From Phenylobacterium sp. (GTDB lineage: Bacteria; Pseudomonadota; Alphaproteobacteria; Caulobacterales; Caulobacteraceae), in contig NZ_JBAXIM010000001.1 of NCBI RefSeq assembly GCF_037138395.1, forward strand, positions 1-41,740: a DNA stretch of 41,740 bases, in the 5' to 3' direction. Below the pieces are notes generated by a model that saw only the letters and a list, made by a program, of their open reading frames with translations, was not told the DNA's origin and ran no database searches. A program made the position numbers and the translations under genes. Positions within the stretch are counted from its first letter, which is position 1. The number at the start of each line of letters is the position of its first letter. Shown piece by piece: positions 8,546 to 17,000 of this stretch.

Positions 8546-9619
8546 ATGACGTCCACTTCCTACCGGCCCCAGATCCGCCTGACCTTCGCCAAGATGGCAC
8601 TGGCCGGATGCGTCACGCTTCTCGCAGGTGTCCAACCGGCCCACGCCGCTCGGGATTATGTCTGGGCCGCCGGCTCCTCCACCGTCTTTCCCTTCGCCAC
8701 CCGGGTGTCTGAGCAGTTCGCTCGCAAGACCGGCATGAAGGCGCCCAAGGTCGAAAGCCTCGGCACCGGCGGCGGCATCAAGCTGTTCTGCTCGGGGGTT
8801 GGCGACGGCTTCCCCGACATTGCCACCGCCTCTCGCCGCATGAAGCGCTCGGAGTTTGACGCCTGCGCTGCCAAGGGGGTCAAGGACATCATAGAGCTGA
8901 AGATCGGCTTCGACGGTATCGTCGTTGCCGTGGACAAGGCGGGTCCCGACTACGCCTTCTCGACCTCGGCCCTCTACCTGGGCCTGGCGGCCAAGGTGCT
9001 GCGCTTCGGCCAGTACGAGACCAACCCCTACAAGACCTGGCCCGAGGTGGGCGCCGGCCTGCCGCGGGGGCGCATCCAGGTCTATGGGCCGCCGCCGTCC
9101 TCCGGCACCCGGGACGCCTTCGTCGAACTGGCCATCGAGGCCGGGGCCCTCATGTACCCCGCCAACCAGGCCCTCAAGAAGGCGGACGAGAAGCAGTTCA
9201 AGGAGAGGGTCGATCCCCTCCGCAAGGATGGCTGGATCGACGCCGGCGAGAACGATAACGCCATCGTCCAGACCCTCTCCAAGACCCCCGGGGCCCTCGG
9301 TGTGTTCGGTTGGTCCTTCCTCGAGGAAAACATGGACCAGGTGAAGGGCGCGGCGGTCAACGGCGTGAAGCCCTCCGTCGCCTCCATCTCGGACGGGTCC
9401 TACCCCCTGTCCCGGTCCCTTTACATCTACGTGAAGAAGGCCCACGTCGGCGTGACCAAAGGCCTGCGTGAGTACCTGGCCGAATTCGTCTCCGACGCCG
9501 CCACCGGCCGCGCCGGCTACCTCAAGGACCGCGGCCTGATCCCGCTACCCGCCGCCCAGCACGACGCCAATAAGGCGACGTCGGGCGCACTAACCCCCAT
9601 GGCCCGGCCCGCAGCCTGA
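8546..9619 (+). CDS. pstS: Phosphate ABC transporter substrate-binding protein
   Basis: AGSSTVFPF, GTGGGIKLFC, GPPPSSGTRD and YPLSRSLYIY motifs; signal peptide; AGGAG RBS. Confidence 0.9.
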   Translation: MTSTSYRPQIRLTFAKMALAGCVTLLAGVQPAHAARDYVWAAGSSTVFPFATRVSEQFARKTGMKAPKVESLGTGGGIKLFCSGVGDGFPDIATASRRMKRSEFDACAAKGVKDIIELKIGFDGIVVAVDKAGPDYAFSTSALYLGLAAKVLRFGQYETNPYKTWPEVGAGLPRGRIQVYGPPPSSGTRDAFVELAIEAGALMYPANQALKKADEKQFKERVDPLRKDGWIDAGENDNAIVQTLSKTPGALGVFGWSFLEENMDQVKGAAVNGVKPSVASISDGSYPLSRSLYIYVKKAHVGVTKGLREYLAEFVSDAATGRAGYLKDRGLIPLPAAQHDANKATSGALTPMARPAA

Positions 9620-9645
9620 CCCGCCGCTCCCAGCCATAGGCGCCT

Positions 9646-9681
9646 GCGCCGCAGATCTCAGGATCTGCGGCGCCTTTCGTT
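9646..9681 (+). terminator. Probable intrinsic terminator after pstS
   Basis: 12-bp perfect stem GCGCCGCAGATC-TCAG-GATCTGCGGCGC followed by CTTTCGTT, between convergent genes. Confidence 0.7.
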
Positions 9682-9716
9682 CAGGGGCAGGGCCGGAGCC
9701 GGGGCCGGGGCAGTGC

Positions 9717-11117
9717 CTAGACGTCCTCCCGACTTTTCCTGAGGCGGGTCATCCTCCGCAGGCGTCGCCAGAAGCGGTTCTTCTCAGGTTCCGGCCAGGG
9801 CTGGAGGTTGCGGACGAAATCCTCCGCGCAGGCCCGCCAGGAGAATCCCTCCGCGAAGCGGCGCACGGCGGTCCGGTCCAGCTTGACCGCCTCCAGGCAG
9901 GCTTCCCGCAGGCCCTCCGTGGCCGTCAGAGCCAGGACACCGGCACCAGATCCAGGGATGATGTCGATCGGCCCCGGGGCCGGATAGGCCGCCACGGGTG
10001 TTCCCGTTGCCATGGCCTCCAGGATCACCAGGCCGAAGGTGTCCGTCAGGGAGGGAAAGACGAAGACGTCGGCACCTGCAAAATGGGCGGCTAGGTCGTC
10101 ATCGAACCGGGCGCCCCGGAAGATGGCTCCGGGGTATCGGGCCCCCAGCTCCTCGCGCTGCGGACCGTCCCCCACCACGACCTTCGTACCCGGCAGGTCA
10201 AGGGCCAGGAAGGCCTCGATATTCTTCTCAACCGCCACCCGTCCCACGGACAGGAAGATGGGGCGGGGCAGGCCTGCATAGACGTCCGGGTCTCCCTCCC
10301 CCAGGGGGTGGAACTGCTCGGTGTCGACGCCCCGGGACCAGGGGGTGATATTGCGAAAGCCATGCTGGACCAGCTCGTCGCGCATGGTCGGCGTGGCCAC
10401 CATCAGCCGGCCGGATGGCTTGTGGAACCATCTCATATAGGCGTAGCCCGCCGATAGCGGCAGGGGCAGGCGGGCCGAGACGTATTCGGGAAACCGCGTG
10501 TGATAGCTGGTGGTGAAGGGCAGCTTCCATTCCACGCAGATCCGCCGGGCAGCCAGACCGATGGGTCCCTCGGTGGCGATGTGGATGGCCTGGGGCTCGA
10601 AGGCCTTGAAGTGCTCTCGCACGGGCTCATAGGCACCGACGGCGACCTTGATCTCGGGATAGGTCGGAAGCGGGAAGCTCCGGAACTGGTCCGGCGAGAT
10701 GACCTCTACCGTGTGTCCCATCCCCCTCATCTCGTCGATCACCCGGGTCAGGGTCCGGACCACACCGTTCACCTGCGGCTCCCAGGCGTCTGTCGCGATC
10801 AGGATGCGGAGTTGCCGGCGTCCGTCGATCTCGGTCCGCACGCCCTCCCGGACCCGGCGCATGGAGGGCCGGCTTGGCGGCAGGCCCTCGGTCTGGAGCC
10901 GGGCCCAGAACGCGCCCATTAGGGCGTCGCGGGTGGGGAAATAGCGATAAACGGTCCGTTCGCCGACGCCGGCCAGGCGGGCGATCTCGGAGAAGGCGGC
11001 CTCTTCAAGCCGACCCTCTTCGAGCAGCCGGCTCACGACGTCGAGGATCCGCGCCTCGGTCTGGGCCTTCTGCTGGCCCCTGGAGAGACTCTCCGGCATA
11101 TCGCCCATGGCCTTCAT
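9717..11117 (-). CDS. TetR-type HTH fused to GT4 (GT-B) glycosyltransferase, Agt-like glycolipid synthase
   Basis: aa ~15-72 form a TetR N-terminal domain (ARILDVVSRLL...FSEIARLAGVGERTVYRYFPTRDAL). From aa ~103 a GT4 follows (ILIATDAWEPQVNGVV, HIATEGPIG, VGRVAVEKN, DVFVFPSLTDTFGLVILEAMATGTPV). Confidence 0.88.
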   Translation of the reverse strand: MKAMGDMPESLSRGQQKAQTEARILDVVSRLLEEGRLEEAAFSEIARLAGVGERTVYRYFPTRDALMGAFWARLQTEGLPPSRPSMRRVREGVRTEIDGRRQLRILIATDAWEPQVNGVVRTLTRVIDEMRGMGHTVEVISPDQFRSFPLPTYPEIKVAVGAYEPVREHFKAFEPQAIHIATEGPIGLAARRICVEWKLPFTTSYHTRFPEYVSARLPLPLSAGYAYMRWFHKPSGRLMVATPTMRDELVQHGFRNITPWSRGVDTEQFHPLGEGDPDVYAGLPRPIFLSVGRVAVEKNIEAFLALDLPGTKVVVGDGPQREELGARYPGAIFRGARFDDDLAAHFAGADVFVFPSLTDTFGLVILEAMATGTPVAAYPAPGPIDIIPGSGAGVLALTATEGLREACLEAVKLDRTAVRRFAEGFSWRACAEDFVRNLQPWPEPEKNRFWRRLRRMTRLRKSREDV

Positions 11118-11133
11118 GACAGCTGTACTGCCA
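11117..11133. promoter_or_regulatory. Candidate TetR-type operator overlapping the start codon of the HTH-GT4 gene
   Basis: Imperfect inverted repeat TGACAG-CTGTA-CTGCCA (5 of 6 pairs). A minus-strand TTGACC hexamer lies at 11154-11149, 32-37 nt upstream of the ATG. Confidence 0.45.
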
Positions 11134-11164
11134 CCAAATCAGGCGGCAGGTCAATGGGTTGGCT

Positions 11165-11980
11165 TCAGGCTGCCAGGCTGGGCTCGGGCGCTCCAGCAAC
11201 CTCGCCCTGGGGGACGGCACGCAGAAGGCGCCTCTGCTCCCGGCTCCAGTCCAGCAGGATCAGTTCGCCGTCTTCCCGTTCGGCAATCGCCGTGCAGCTT
11301 TCGACCCAGTCGCCGTCGTTGACGTACAAGATGTCGTCGAACTGGCGGATCTCTGCCTTGTGAATGTGTCCGCAAATCACCCCGTCGACGCCCCTGCGAC
11401 GCGCCTCCTCGGCGACAGCTTCCTCGTAATTTTCGATGAACTGGACGGCGTTCTTCACCTTCATCTTCAGGTAGGCGGACAGGGACCAGTAGCCAAAGCC
11501 GAACCGCCGGCGCAACCGGTTAAAGACTGTGTTCACGGTCAAGAGCGTCCGGTAGGCCCAGTCGCCGACAAAGGCCAGCCAGCGGGCGTGCTGCAGGACG
11601 CCGTCGAATTCATCGCCATGGGTCACAAGGAAACGCCGGCCATCTGCAGTCACGTGGATCGCGTCCCGCATGACCAGGACGTCCCCGAAGCGATGACCAA
11701 CGAAGTCCCGCGCCGCCTCATCATGATTGCCGGGCACGTAGATAACCTTCACGCCCTTGCGGGCCAGCCGAAGGATCTTCTGCACCACGTCGTTGTGGGC
11801 CTGGGGCCAATACCAGCCGTTCCGGAGCTTCCAGCCGTCGATGATGTCGCCTACGAGGTAGAGGGTGTCGAATTCCGCGGTCTTGATGAAGTCGAGCAGG
11901 AGTTCGGCCTGGCACCCCTTGGTGCCGAGGTGGACGTCCGAAATGAAGACCGTCCGGTATCGGTGTTCGTTGTGCATCAT
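11165..11980 (-). CDS. plcP: Metallophosphoesterase, LpxH-like/PlcP-type phospholipase C
   Basis: SDVHLG, GDIIDGW, GNHD, HGD, CGHIH and NDGDWVES motifs. GNHD rather than the LpxH GNRD, and adjacency to a GT4, favour PlcP. Start taken at ATG 11980. Confidence 0.75.
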   Translation of the reverse strand: MMHNEHRYRTVFISDVHLGTKGCQAELLLDFIKTAEFDTLYLVGDIIDGWKLRNGWYWPQAHNDVVQKILRLARKGVKVIYVPGNHDEAARDFVGHRFGDVLVMRDAIHVTADGRRFLVTHGDEFDGVLQHARWLAFVGDWAYRTLLTVNTVFNRLRRRFGFGYWSLSAYLKMKVKNAVQFIENYEEAVAEEARRRGVDGVICGHIHKAEIRQFDDILYVNDGDWVESCTAIAEREDGELILLDWSREQRRLLRAVPQGEVAGAPEPSLAA

Positions 11981-12035
11981 CACCGCAGCCCCCCGCCGAT
12001 GACCCCATGTCGGCAAAGTGAGCTAGTTTGATTGC

Positions 12036-12053
12036 ATGTCAGATCAATGACGT
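12036..12053 (-). promoter_or_regulatory. Candidate PHO box (PhoB site) upstream of plcP
   Basis: Minus strand ACGTCAT-TGAT-CTGACAT: two CTGTCAT-like half-sites at 11-bp period, followed after 10 nt by TAGCTC (-10-like). Confidence 0.55.
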
Positions 12054-12163
12054 GCGCAAGTGCCGGGCCGCGGTGCCCAAAGCTTTGACACAATGGGTGC
12101 GTCCGGACATCCGCGTCATGCTGGTCATTGCCACAGCGACGCCGAGCATGGACAAGGCCCGTC

Positions 12164-12790
12164 ATGTCCGGAACTGAACAGGGTCGCCGCGGGACGCGGT
12201 CGGAGCGCACACGGCGCGCCTTGATGGAGGTCGCGGTTAACCTGATCGCGACCGGCGGGGTCTCGGTGGCGACGCCCGCCGCTGTGGCGTCCGGTGCCGG
12301 GGTCGCCCGCACCGCCCTTCTCTACCACTTTCCGGACCGTCCCGCCTTCCTGAGGGCCCTTGCCGCTCACCTTGCACGGGAGATGGCCGCGCTCTTCGAC
12401 GCCTCAGGACGGCCCCCGCCGGGCGTCGACGCCTCAGACCATGCCATCGACACCTACTGGGCGCTTCTCCAGGAGCCGGTGTTCCGGGTCTTCGTGGAAC
12501 TCCGTGCCGCCGCCCGGGGTGATGCAGAGGTCGCCTCCGCCCTGACCGGGCTGATGGCCGACTTCGACGCCGGCCGCCTCGGCGGGCGGTTCGGTGCGGT
12601 GTCCCAGGCCGGGGAGGATCCGCGGTCTCAGGCCAGCCGGGACCTGGGGCGGTTCCTCCTCGAGGGCCTCGCCCTTGGCGGCCTGACCTACGACTCCGAC
12701 GACCGCCGCCGGCGGCTGATCGAGGTGGTCAAGCGCGCCGTCCGCGGCCTCAACCGGAAGGGCGCGGCCCAGGACCTCTGGCCGGGCTAG
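12164..12790 (+). CDS. TetR/AcrR family transcriptional regulator
   Basis: RSERTRRALMEVAVNLI...AAVASGAGVARTALLYHFPDR HTH; ATG at 12164; divergent from plcP. Confidence 0.88.
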   Translation: MSGTEQGRRGTRSERTRRALMEVAVNLIATGGVSVATPAAVASGAGVARTALLYHFPDRPAFLRALAAHLAREMAALFDASGRPPPGVDASDHAIDTYWALLQEPVFRVFVELRAAARGDAEVASALTGLMADFDAGRLGGRFGAVSQAGEDPRSQASRDLGRFLLEGLALGGLTYDSDDRRRRLIEVVKRAVRGLNRKGAAQDLWPG

Positions 12791-12833
12791 ATCTTGTTCC
12801 GATAAGTGGGAACCGGTTATCGGAACAGGATCT
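12789..12833. repeat. Palindromic intergenic element (CIR/RIME/BRU-RS-like half unit), possible terminator
   Basis: AGATCTTGTTCCGATAA-GTGGGAACCGG-TTATCGGAACAGGATCT, a 17-bp stem with one mismatch. It begins at the TAG stop of the TetR gene, between convergent genes. Confidence 0.65.
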
Positions 12834-12843
12834 CACTTTTTAC

Positions 12844-14610
12844 CTAGGGCTTGCGCGCGGCCTCCGCCTCGGTCCAGGCCTGGATCCGGGTCTCCAGCAT
12901 GTCCAGGGGCAGGGGACCCGCCAGCAGGACCGCATCGTGGAACCGCCGGATGTCGAACCGCTCGCCCAGTCGCCGGTGAGCCGCCTCGCGCAGGGCGACG
13001 ATGCGCATCTCGCCGGTCTTGTAGGCCAGGGCCTGGCCGGGCCAGGACACGTAGCGGGCCAGTTCGACCTCGATGTTCAAGGGCGAAAGCGCGCTGTTCT
13101 CGATAAAGCAGGCCCGCGCCTGGTCCAGGGTCCAGCCCTTCCAGTGAATGCCCGTATCCGCCACCAGCCGGCAGGCGCGCCACATCTCATAGGACAGGCG
13201 GCCGAACCGCTCCCAGGGGTCGCGGTAGATCCCCATCTCGCCGCCCAGCTTCTCGGCGTAGAGGCCCCAGCCTTCGGTAAAGGCCGTCACGTCCGCCGAG
13301 CGGCGGAAGCGGGGAACCCCCGTCGCCTCCTCGGCCAGGGCGATCTGCAGGTGATGGCCCGGCACCGCCTCATGCAGGGTCAGGGCCGGCAGTTCGTAGA
13401 GCGGACGCTGGTCCAGGCGGGAGGTATTGACCATGTAGCCGCCCGCGACGCCCCGGGCTGCAGAGCCGCCGAAATAGCGCCCCGTGGTGTAGGTCTCCTC
13501 GATCTCGGCCGGCACCGGACGGACGCCATAGGTGAGCCGGGGCAGGGTGGCGAACCAGGCGGGCAGTTCATCGTCGATCCGCTTGGCAATCCGCGATGCC
13601 TTTTCCAACAGGGCCTCACGGCTGTCCGCATAGAACCGGGGATCGGACCGCAGCATGGCCAGGAAGGCCGGGAAGTCTCCTTTGAAGCCGGTCTCGCCGA
13701 TCACCCCCTCCATCTCGCGCCGGATGCGTGCCACCTCCGCAAGGCCGATGGCGTGGATCTCGTCGGGTGTCATCCGGGTCGTCGTGTGGTCGGCCACGAG
13801 CCAGCGGTAATAGGCCTCTCCGCCCGGCAGAGAGCGGGCGCCCAGGGACTTGCGGGCGGCGGGCAGGTACTCGGTCTCGAGGAACTGGACGAAGCGCCGA
13901 CGGGCCGGCTGCAGGCCATCGCGTACGGCGGCCTCCGCCTCGACCCTTAGGGCGGCGCGGGTGTCCGCCGCCATATCGGCGGGCAGACGCGACAGGGGCG
14001 AGAGCAGGGGATCCGTAGCCGGCGGCGTCGCGGCGGCTGCCCGGGCCCGGGCCAGGACCTGTTCCACGGTCGAACGCGGCTGGGTGAAGCCCGAGGCTAC
14101 CCCCCTCCGGGCGTTGGCGATGTGGGCGTCGAAATAGGCGGGAGCCGCCTTCAGCCGGGCGATCCAGGCGCGGGCATCCGCCGCCGTCCGCATGGGCGTT
14201 CCCCCGGCGATGTAGGCCAGGGTCTGGTCGAAGCCGCCGTCGGAATTGAAGGGCATGCGGGCCTCATCAAAGTCGAGGCTGGCAATCCGGCGGTCCAGGG
14301 TCCAGCCCAGGAAGTCGCGGTTCAGGCGATCTGTGGCGTCGCCACCCCCGGCTGGCAGGGCCTGAAGCCGGGCACGGAAGGCGACAAGGGCGGTCCGGCG
14401 GCGGGCGTCTGCGGCGGGGCTTGGATCCGGAAGGCGCTCCAGGGCCGCCCGATCGCCCTCCCGGCTCGCATCGAAGGGATCGTCCGAAAGGCTCCAGGCC
14501 TCGTAGTCGGAGATCAGACGGGTCAGGGCCGGAGCGTCCGCCCGGGCGGCACCCGCAAGGGCCAGGACGACCGCCGCGGCCACGCCCGCAAGCTTTCCGA
14601 GTCCCGGCAT
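12844..14610 (-). CDS. DUF885 family secreted protein (putative metallopeptidase)
   Basis: Signal peptide; LHEAVPGHHLQ, FTEGWGLYAE, WRACRLVADTGIH and PGQALAYK motifs. Confidence 0.9.
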   Translation of the reverse strand: MPGLGKLAGVAAAVVLALAGAARADAPALTRLISDYEAWSLSDDPFDASREGDRAALERLPDPSPAADARRRTALVAFRARLQALPAGGGDATDRLNRDFLGWTLDRRIASLDFDEARMPFNSDGGFDQTLAYIAGGTPMRTAADARAWIARLKAAPAYFDAHIANARRGVASGFTQPRSTVEQVLARARAAAATPPATDPLLSPLSRLPADMAADTRAALRVEAEAAVRDGLQPARRRFVQFLETEYLPAARKSLGARSLPGGEAYYRWLVADHTTTRMTPDEIHAIGLAEVARIRREMEGVIGETGFKGDFPAFLAMLRSDPRFYADSREALLEKASRIAKRIDDELPAWFATLPRLTYGVRPVPAEIEETYTTGRYFGGSAARGVAGGYMVNTSRLDQRPLYELPALTLHEAVPGHHLQIALAEEATGVPRFRRSADVTAFTEGWGLYAEKLGGEMGIYRDPWERFGRLSYEMWRACRLVADTGIHWKGWTLDQARACFIENSALSPLNIEVELARYVSWPGQALAYKTGEMRIVALREAAHRRLGERFDIRRFHDAVLLAGPLPLDMLETRIQAWTEAEAARKP

Positions 14611-14731
14611 GTGCAGCCCCCCTTACTTTCTTGAATGAGCTGGACTTCCTACCCCTCTTGCCCGCCTGCGCCAATGCAGGCCAAGGTCTGGTCGACAGTG
14701 GGTCCCTTTTGGGGGCTGGGGGACGACGACC

Positions 14732-16150
14732 ATGAGCTTCATCACCCGGCGAAGGGCCGTGGATCAGCGGCCCGCCACCCAGGGCGAGCATGAGCTTCGC
14801 GCCACCCTGCGATGGCCCCACCTCATGGCCCTGGGGGTCGGCGCCATCGTCGGCACCGGCATCTACACCCTGACGGGGGTGGGGGCCGGCCTTGCGGGAC
14901 CGGGGGTCATCCTGTCCTTCGCCATTGCTGGCGGGGTCTGCACCCTAGCTGCCCTCTGCTATGCCGAGATGGCTACCCTCATGCCCCATGCGGGCAGCGC
15001 CTATTCCTATTCCTACGCCGGCATGGGCGAGATGGTCGCCTGGATCATCGGCTGGAGCCTGATCCTCGAGTACACGGTGGTGTGCTCAGCCGTGGCTGTG
15101 GGCTGGTCCGGCTATGCCCAGGGCTTTCTGGCCGCCCGGGGGATGGACCTGCCTCCGGGCCTCGCCGCCGGACTTCTGGCCGGCCAGGCCGGAGGACTCG
15201 TCAACCTGCCTGCGGTGCTGATCACCCTGGCCGTAGCCGGCATGCTGCTGGTGGGCCTGAGGGAGAGCGCCAACCTCAATCTCGGCCTGGTGGTCCTGAA
15301 GATCGCCGCCCTGGCGGCCTTCGTCGCCCTGACCCTGCCGGCCTTTGACCCCGAACGGTTCACCCCCTTCCTGCCCTTCGGGTTTTCCGGACAGGTCGGG
15401 CCCGACGGGGCACCCCGGGGGGTCATGGCCGCCGCCGCCCTGATCTTCTTCGCCTTCTATGGATTTGACGCCATCTCGACCGCCGCCGAGGAGGCCGAGA
15501 ACCCGGGCCGGGACCTGACCCGGGGCATCATCGGGTCCATGGCGGCCTGTGCAGTGATCTACATGGCGGTGGCCGCCGTCGCCGTGGGCGGCTCGCCCTG
15601 GCAGGTGTTCTCCGAGAGCGGCGAGCCCCTGGCCTTCATCCTCCGCTCCGGTGGGCATGACCTGGCCGCCGTCCTGATCGCCGCCGTCGCTGTCGTCGCC
15701 CTGCCCACCGTCATCCTGGCCTTCATGTTCGGCCAGAGCCGGGTCTTCTTCGCCATGGCCCGGGACGGTCTCCTGCCTCGCGCCCTGGCCCGGATCAGTC
15801 CGCGTGGCGCCCCTGTCCGCGTCACGGTCTTCACGGGGCTGCTGGCCGCCGTCATCGCCGGCGCCGCGCCCCTGAAGCTGATCGCCGAGCTTGCCAACGC
15901 CGGCACCCTGGCGGCCTTCGTGGCCACAGCGGTCTCGATGATGATCCTGCGGGTCCAGAGACCGGACCTTCCCCGGCCCTTCCGCACACCCCTCTGGTGG
16001 ATCGTCGGCCCCCTGGCGATCGCCGGATGCCTCTACCTCTTCTGGAGCCTGCCGGCCTTGACCCGCTGGCTCTTCCTGGGCTGGAACCTGGTGGGCCTTA
16101 CCGTCTATCTACTCTGGAGCCGCCGGCACAGCGTGCTGGCGGGCCGTTAG
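14732..16150 (+). CDS. APC-superfamily amino acid permease (cationic amino acid transporter-like)
   Basis: LGVGAIVGTGIY, CYAEMA, GSAYSY and FFAFYGFD motifs; about 12 hydrophobic segments. Confidence 0.92.
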   Translation: MSFITRRRAVDQRPATQGEHELRATLRWPHLMALGVGAIVGTGIYTLTGVGAGLAGPGVILSFAIAGGVCTLAALCYAEMATLMPHAGSAYSYSYAGMGEMVAWIIGWSLILEYTVVCSAVAVGWSGYAQGFLAARGMDLPPGLAAGLLAGQAGGLVNLPAVLITLAVAGMLLVGLRESANLNLGLVVLKIAALAAFVALTLPAFDPERFTPFLPFGFSGQVGPDGAPRGVMAAAALIFFAFYGFDAISTAAEEAENPGRDLTRGIIGSMAACAVIYMAVAAVAVGGSPWQVFSESGEPLAFILRSGGHDLAAVLIAAVAVVALPTVILAFMFGQSRVFFAMARDGLLPRALARISPRGAPVRVTVFTGLLAAVIAGAAPLKLIAELANAGTLAAFVATAVSMMILRVQRPDLPRPFRTPLWWIVGPLAIAGCLYLFWSLPALTRWLFLGWNLVGLTVYLLWSRRHSVLAGR

Positions 16151-16226
16151 ATCGCCCCGGCGGGTCCCGGGACCTGCAGGCGCATATGGGTCTTTCGCAG
16201 CCGGTTCTCGGCGACGTCGATTGGCC

Positions 16227-17000
16227 CTAGGCCCGCCCAAGGACGTCCACGGACAGGCCTTCCGGCCCCCGCCGCAGTGCCGTGCGCACGCCGAAGGCCC
16301 GGGCCAGGACGTCCGGGGCGAGGGCGGTCTCCGGCGCTCCGTCGGCGACGAGGGTGCCGTCGCCCAGCACCAGGACCCGGTCGGCGAGGCGGGCGGCCAG
16401 GGTCAGGTCGTGCAGGGTCAGGACCACGCCCTTTCCGGACTCCCGGGCCAAGCCCGACAGGGTCGTCGCCGCGTCGATCTGGTAGCCGGGGTCCAGCCCG
16501 GCGAGGGGTTCGTCCGCCAACAGCCATTCGGGCTCCCCGGCCAGGGCCCTGGCGATCATCACCCGCGCCCGCTCGCCGCCGGAGAGGGTGGAAGCGTCCC
16601 GCCCTGCAAGGTCCGCGGCGCCCGCCCCGGCCAGGGCCGCATCGATGATCCGGGCATCCTCCGACGACAAGCCCCGGGCGCCGACGTGGGGGATCCTTCC
16701 CAGTCCGACCAGGATCCGGACCTCGAGGGGCCAGGCGATCTCATGGGTCTGGGGCAGGAGTCCGATCCGCCGGGCCCGCGCGGCGGGCGCTAGGGCGGCC
16801 AGGTCGCCGCCGTCCAGCAGGACCTGTCCGGAGGCGGGCCGGAGCAGGCCACAAAGAGCCTCTAGCAAGGTGGACTTTCCTGCACCATTGGGGCCCAGGA
16901 GGACGGTGACCTCCCCGGTGCGGAGGGTCACGTCGATGTCGCGGACCACTGGGCGGCTGCCCCGGGTGAGGGTCAGGCCCCGGGCTTCGAGCCGGCTCAT
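16227..17000 (-). CDS. btuD: Cobalamin/iron-chelate ABC ATP-binding protein
   Basis: GPNGAGKST, LSGGERARV and LADEP motifs; last gene of the B12-riboswitch operon. Confidence 0.82.
   Translation of the reverse strand: MSRLEARGLTLTRGSRPVVRDIDVTLRTGEVTVLLGPNGAGKSTLLEALCGLLRPASGQVLLDGGDLAALAPAARARRIGLLPQTHEIAWPLEVRILVGLGRIPHVGARGLSSEDARIIDAALAGAGAADLAGRDASTLSGGERARVMIARALAGEPEWLLADEPLAGLDPGYQIDAATTLSGLARESGKGVVLTLHDLTLAARLADRVLVLGDGTLVADGAPETALAPDVLARAFGVRTALRRGPEGLSVDVLGRA

Noticed and set aside
11165-11980. Annotation as lipid A enzyme LpxH
   Set aside because: GNHD instead of GNRD, the GT4 neighbour and the PHO-like box fit PlcP better.
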